Shown piece by piece: positions 61,793 to 64,000 of a DNA stretch of 64,000 nucleotides (its first letter is position 1; every line of letters starts with the position of its first letter). Origin of the DNA: Octopus sinensis. Taxonomy: Eukaryota. Below the pieces are notes generated by a model that saw nothing but the letters and a program-made list of their open reading frames with translations, was not told where the DNA came from and made no database searches. Location: positions 23,002,001 to 23,066,000 of the forward strand of contig NC_042997.1 of NCBI RefSeq assembly GCF_006345805.1, given 5' to 3'. A program made the translations under genes and the position numbers.

Positions 61793-62727
61793 ATATCCTT
61801 TTATTGCCATCACTTTCTTTTATTTTATCATCATTTCATTCATTACATGAGAAGTAATACCAAAAATATCAAAGCATCCTTAATTTCCGGTTTTAAATTA
61901 TTATATATAATTTTTTTTTTCGTAATTATTTCTATTTTTCTTGCAGTTAATGTTTTAGGGTTTAATTTTAATTTCATCATTTTAAAATCTACTTTGTTTT
62001 TTTCAGATCTTCATTTTATATTTTCTTTAGCCTATTACTCCTACCTTGCAAATTTTATTGTCTCATTTTAGATATACCATATATTTTTGAGTTGTACTCA
62101 CTTGGAAAATGCATTGGCGTGTGAGATAGTTTGCTGAATCTGAAGTGATTATGTTGTGGAAGAGTTCGTTTATTTATTTATGAAGACACAAAAATTGTTA
62201 CATTCACTTTTAGTTATTTCTTAATAGTAATGTCTATTTAAAAAAAAAAAAAAATCTTATTGTCAGGTGGGAAGACAGCATCCATGACTGTTTATAGGAT
62301 CTTTGAGGTTGAGGGTGGGAGATATCCTCAATCTAGAGACCTGGCTTGAATGCTTGCAAAGGAAGTGAACTCCACCAAAGTTACTCAAAGTACTAGACAC
62401 TGGTGTTAAGTCAAGTGATGGATCAAGGCAAGAAATTTTGTTGCACTCCTGCGACCTGGTCACTGACACAATTCCAGTGCAGTGAAATTTTGTCAGAAGT
62501 TAATCAAGGATTTTTGACACTTCATGATAGACAGTAATACATGAAAAGTAAATATAACAGCTTTGGGGTATTTGTAAGTGGTTAAAATAACTCTTCTACA
62601 TTGTAATCAAATTATCAAAGAGTGGAAGCTGCAAGAATTTTTGAATTTATTGAGATTTTTAAAAAATGATAGTGGGTTTTTTTTTCTTCTTGTTTTATTA
62701 TATATTATATTCTTTAATGTGCCTTAA
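61793..62727 (+). other. KIF14: U12-type (minor spliceosome) intron with AT-AA termini, 935 nt
   Basis: 5' site ATATCCTT matches the U12 consensus exactly; branch-like TTCTTTAAT at 62710-62718, about 10 nt before the 3' end; ends ...gccttAA|a tat gct, which restores the conserved TLRYA. Confidence 0.88.
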
Positions 62728-62801
62728 ATATGCTCAGCAAGCTAGCTGTATTGTGAATCGTGTCCGAATCAATGAAGATACGAAAAGTAAAAAGATTCAA
62801 G
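62728..62801 (+). CDS. KIF14: KIF14 exon 10 (motor end/neck)
   Basis: (R)YAQQASCIVNRVRINEDTKSKKIQ + g|gttaga, cf. human RYANQARLIVNIAKVNED. Confidence 0.92.
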
Positions 62802-62895
62802 GTTAGAGAATTTAGTTTTTTTAAGTTATTTTTAATAATTCTCATTTATATATTTCAAAGTATTTATATTCCAGTTATTGATTTTGGTATCTATC

Positions 62896-64000
62896 ATCAT
62901 CATCATCTTTGTTTAACGCCCTCCTTCCATACTGGCATGGGTTGGATGGTTTGACAAGAGCTGGCCAGGCAGGAGCCTACACCAAACTCCTGTGTCTGTT
63001 TTGGCATGGCTTTTATGGCGGGATGCCCTTTCTAATACCAACCACCCTGCAGAGTGGGAGATAGCAAGAGAGAGATGGCAGTGAAAGGTAATCTCACAAT
63101 GTACAGGGATCAGAGCATAAATGGGATGGTAGAGTAAGGAAGAAAGAGATAGATGGTGGCAGGTGCCATCAAGGTATTGCCAAGGTGGGGGTAGGGGAAT
63201 GTTGTAACTGGTGAGAACCTGGGTATATAGAGGGGGTGGGGAAAGCAACAATACAGTGAGCAGGGTAGTGAGGACAGGATTGAAGAGTGGGAGGTAATCG
63301 TAGTGTATGAAGAGGAAATGTGAGGAAAAGAAGAGATAGTTTTGGAGAGGAAATGTAATTTGATTTGTTGGGGTAGGGTGGGTGGAACACAACACTTCTA
63401 GAACTCAGGTTCACTGATGTGGGTGGATCTTCTCTAGAACCTCTTATTGCCAGATATCTCAGTCCATTGTTATTTCCTCTGTGAGCCCCAACATCCTGAG
63501 ATCGGTCCTCACCACTTCATCCCATGTCTTCCTGGGTCTCCCTCTTCCACAGGTACCATCGACTTTCATTTTTATATATTTAGTGATCTTCACATAAAGG
63601 GCGATATACTGTGCTTGTGAAAACCTGTCGAGCCAAGTGAAATTGTAGTCATGGCTGATGCCAGTGCCGACTGCCTGGCATGTAAAAAGCACCATTTGTG
63701 CGTTGGGCCTCGTGGAGGCAGTGACAGGTGTCCAAGACCTTTGGCTATACACTGCGCTGTGTAGACCTGCCAAGCCAAGTGAAACCGTAGTTGTGACCAG
63801 TGTCAGTATCAGATCAGTGGCACCTGTGCTGGCAGCACATAAAAACACCAACTACACTCTTGGAGTGGTTAGCATTAGGAAGGGCATCAGCCATAGAAAT
63901 CTTACCAAATTAGATCGAAACCTGGTGCAGCTCTTCAGCTGACCAGTTTTCAATCAAACCGTCCAACACATGCTAGCATGGAAAACAGATGTTAAATGAT
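62896..64000. mobile_element. CT-rich RTE-tail element (minus, 62896-63395), RTE ORF-end piece (minus), RTE 3' UTR (plus, to window end)
   Basis: Homology to 19380-20545; GTCGRGRPRKTWDEVVRTDLRML; tail ggaaaacagatgttaaatgat. Confidence 0.78.

Noticed and set aside
62735-62737. AG acceptor alternative for the U12 intron
   Set aside because: It deletes the conserved YA of TLRYA, shifts the frame and hits TGA within a few codons.
52-63942. Most ORF-track entries
   Set aside because: They are frames through SINEs, RTE tails, microsatellites or AT-rich introns. Repeated peptides such as MLAWVGRFNW... simply reflect repeat copies.

Overview
AT-rich, intron-rich animal genomic DNA. The SINE, RTE, Helitron and Penelope repeat content points to a coleoid cephalopod, probably Octopus (inference). 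Two plus-strand genes were reconstructed by hand from splice sites and translation. (1) The last 14 coding exons of Golgi apparatus protein 1 (GLG1/MG-160/ESL-1) run from 863 to 31197, in frame for 533 aa to the stop. (2) The first 10 coding exons of the kinesin-3 motor KIF14 run from 38264 to 62801, and the gene continues past the window. The introns are filled with RTE LINE 3' ends, two tRNA-derived SINE families, CR1 fragments, a decayed mariner, Helitrons, palindromic or foldback elements, a probable solo LTR and a Penelope-like element. The strongest signals are in KIF14. A minor-spliceosome (U12) intron has non-canonical AT-AA ends (61793-62727). Directly upstream lies a tandem duplicate of exon 9; both copies have a U2 acceptor and a U12-type donor and are 40 nt apart. 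This is the layout of mutually exclusive exons, and the upstream copy is now a stop-containing (poison or relic) exon. Intron 8 also holds a Penelope element with inverted pseudo-LTRs carrying hammerhead ribozyme motifs and a tRNA-like Pol III head. All family assignments come from recalled motifs, not database searches. Repeat boundaries are approximate unless TSDs or termini are given.
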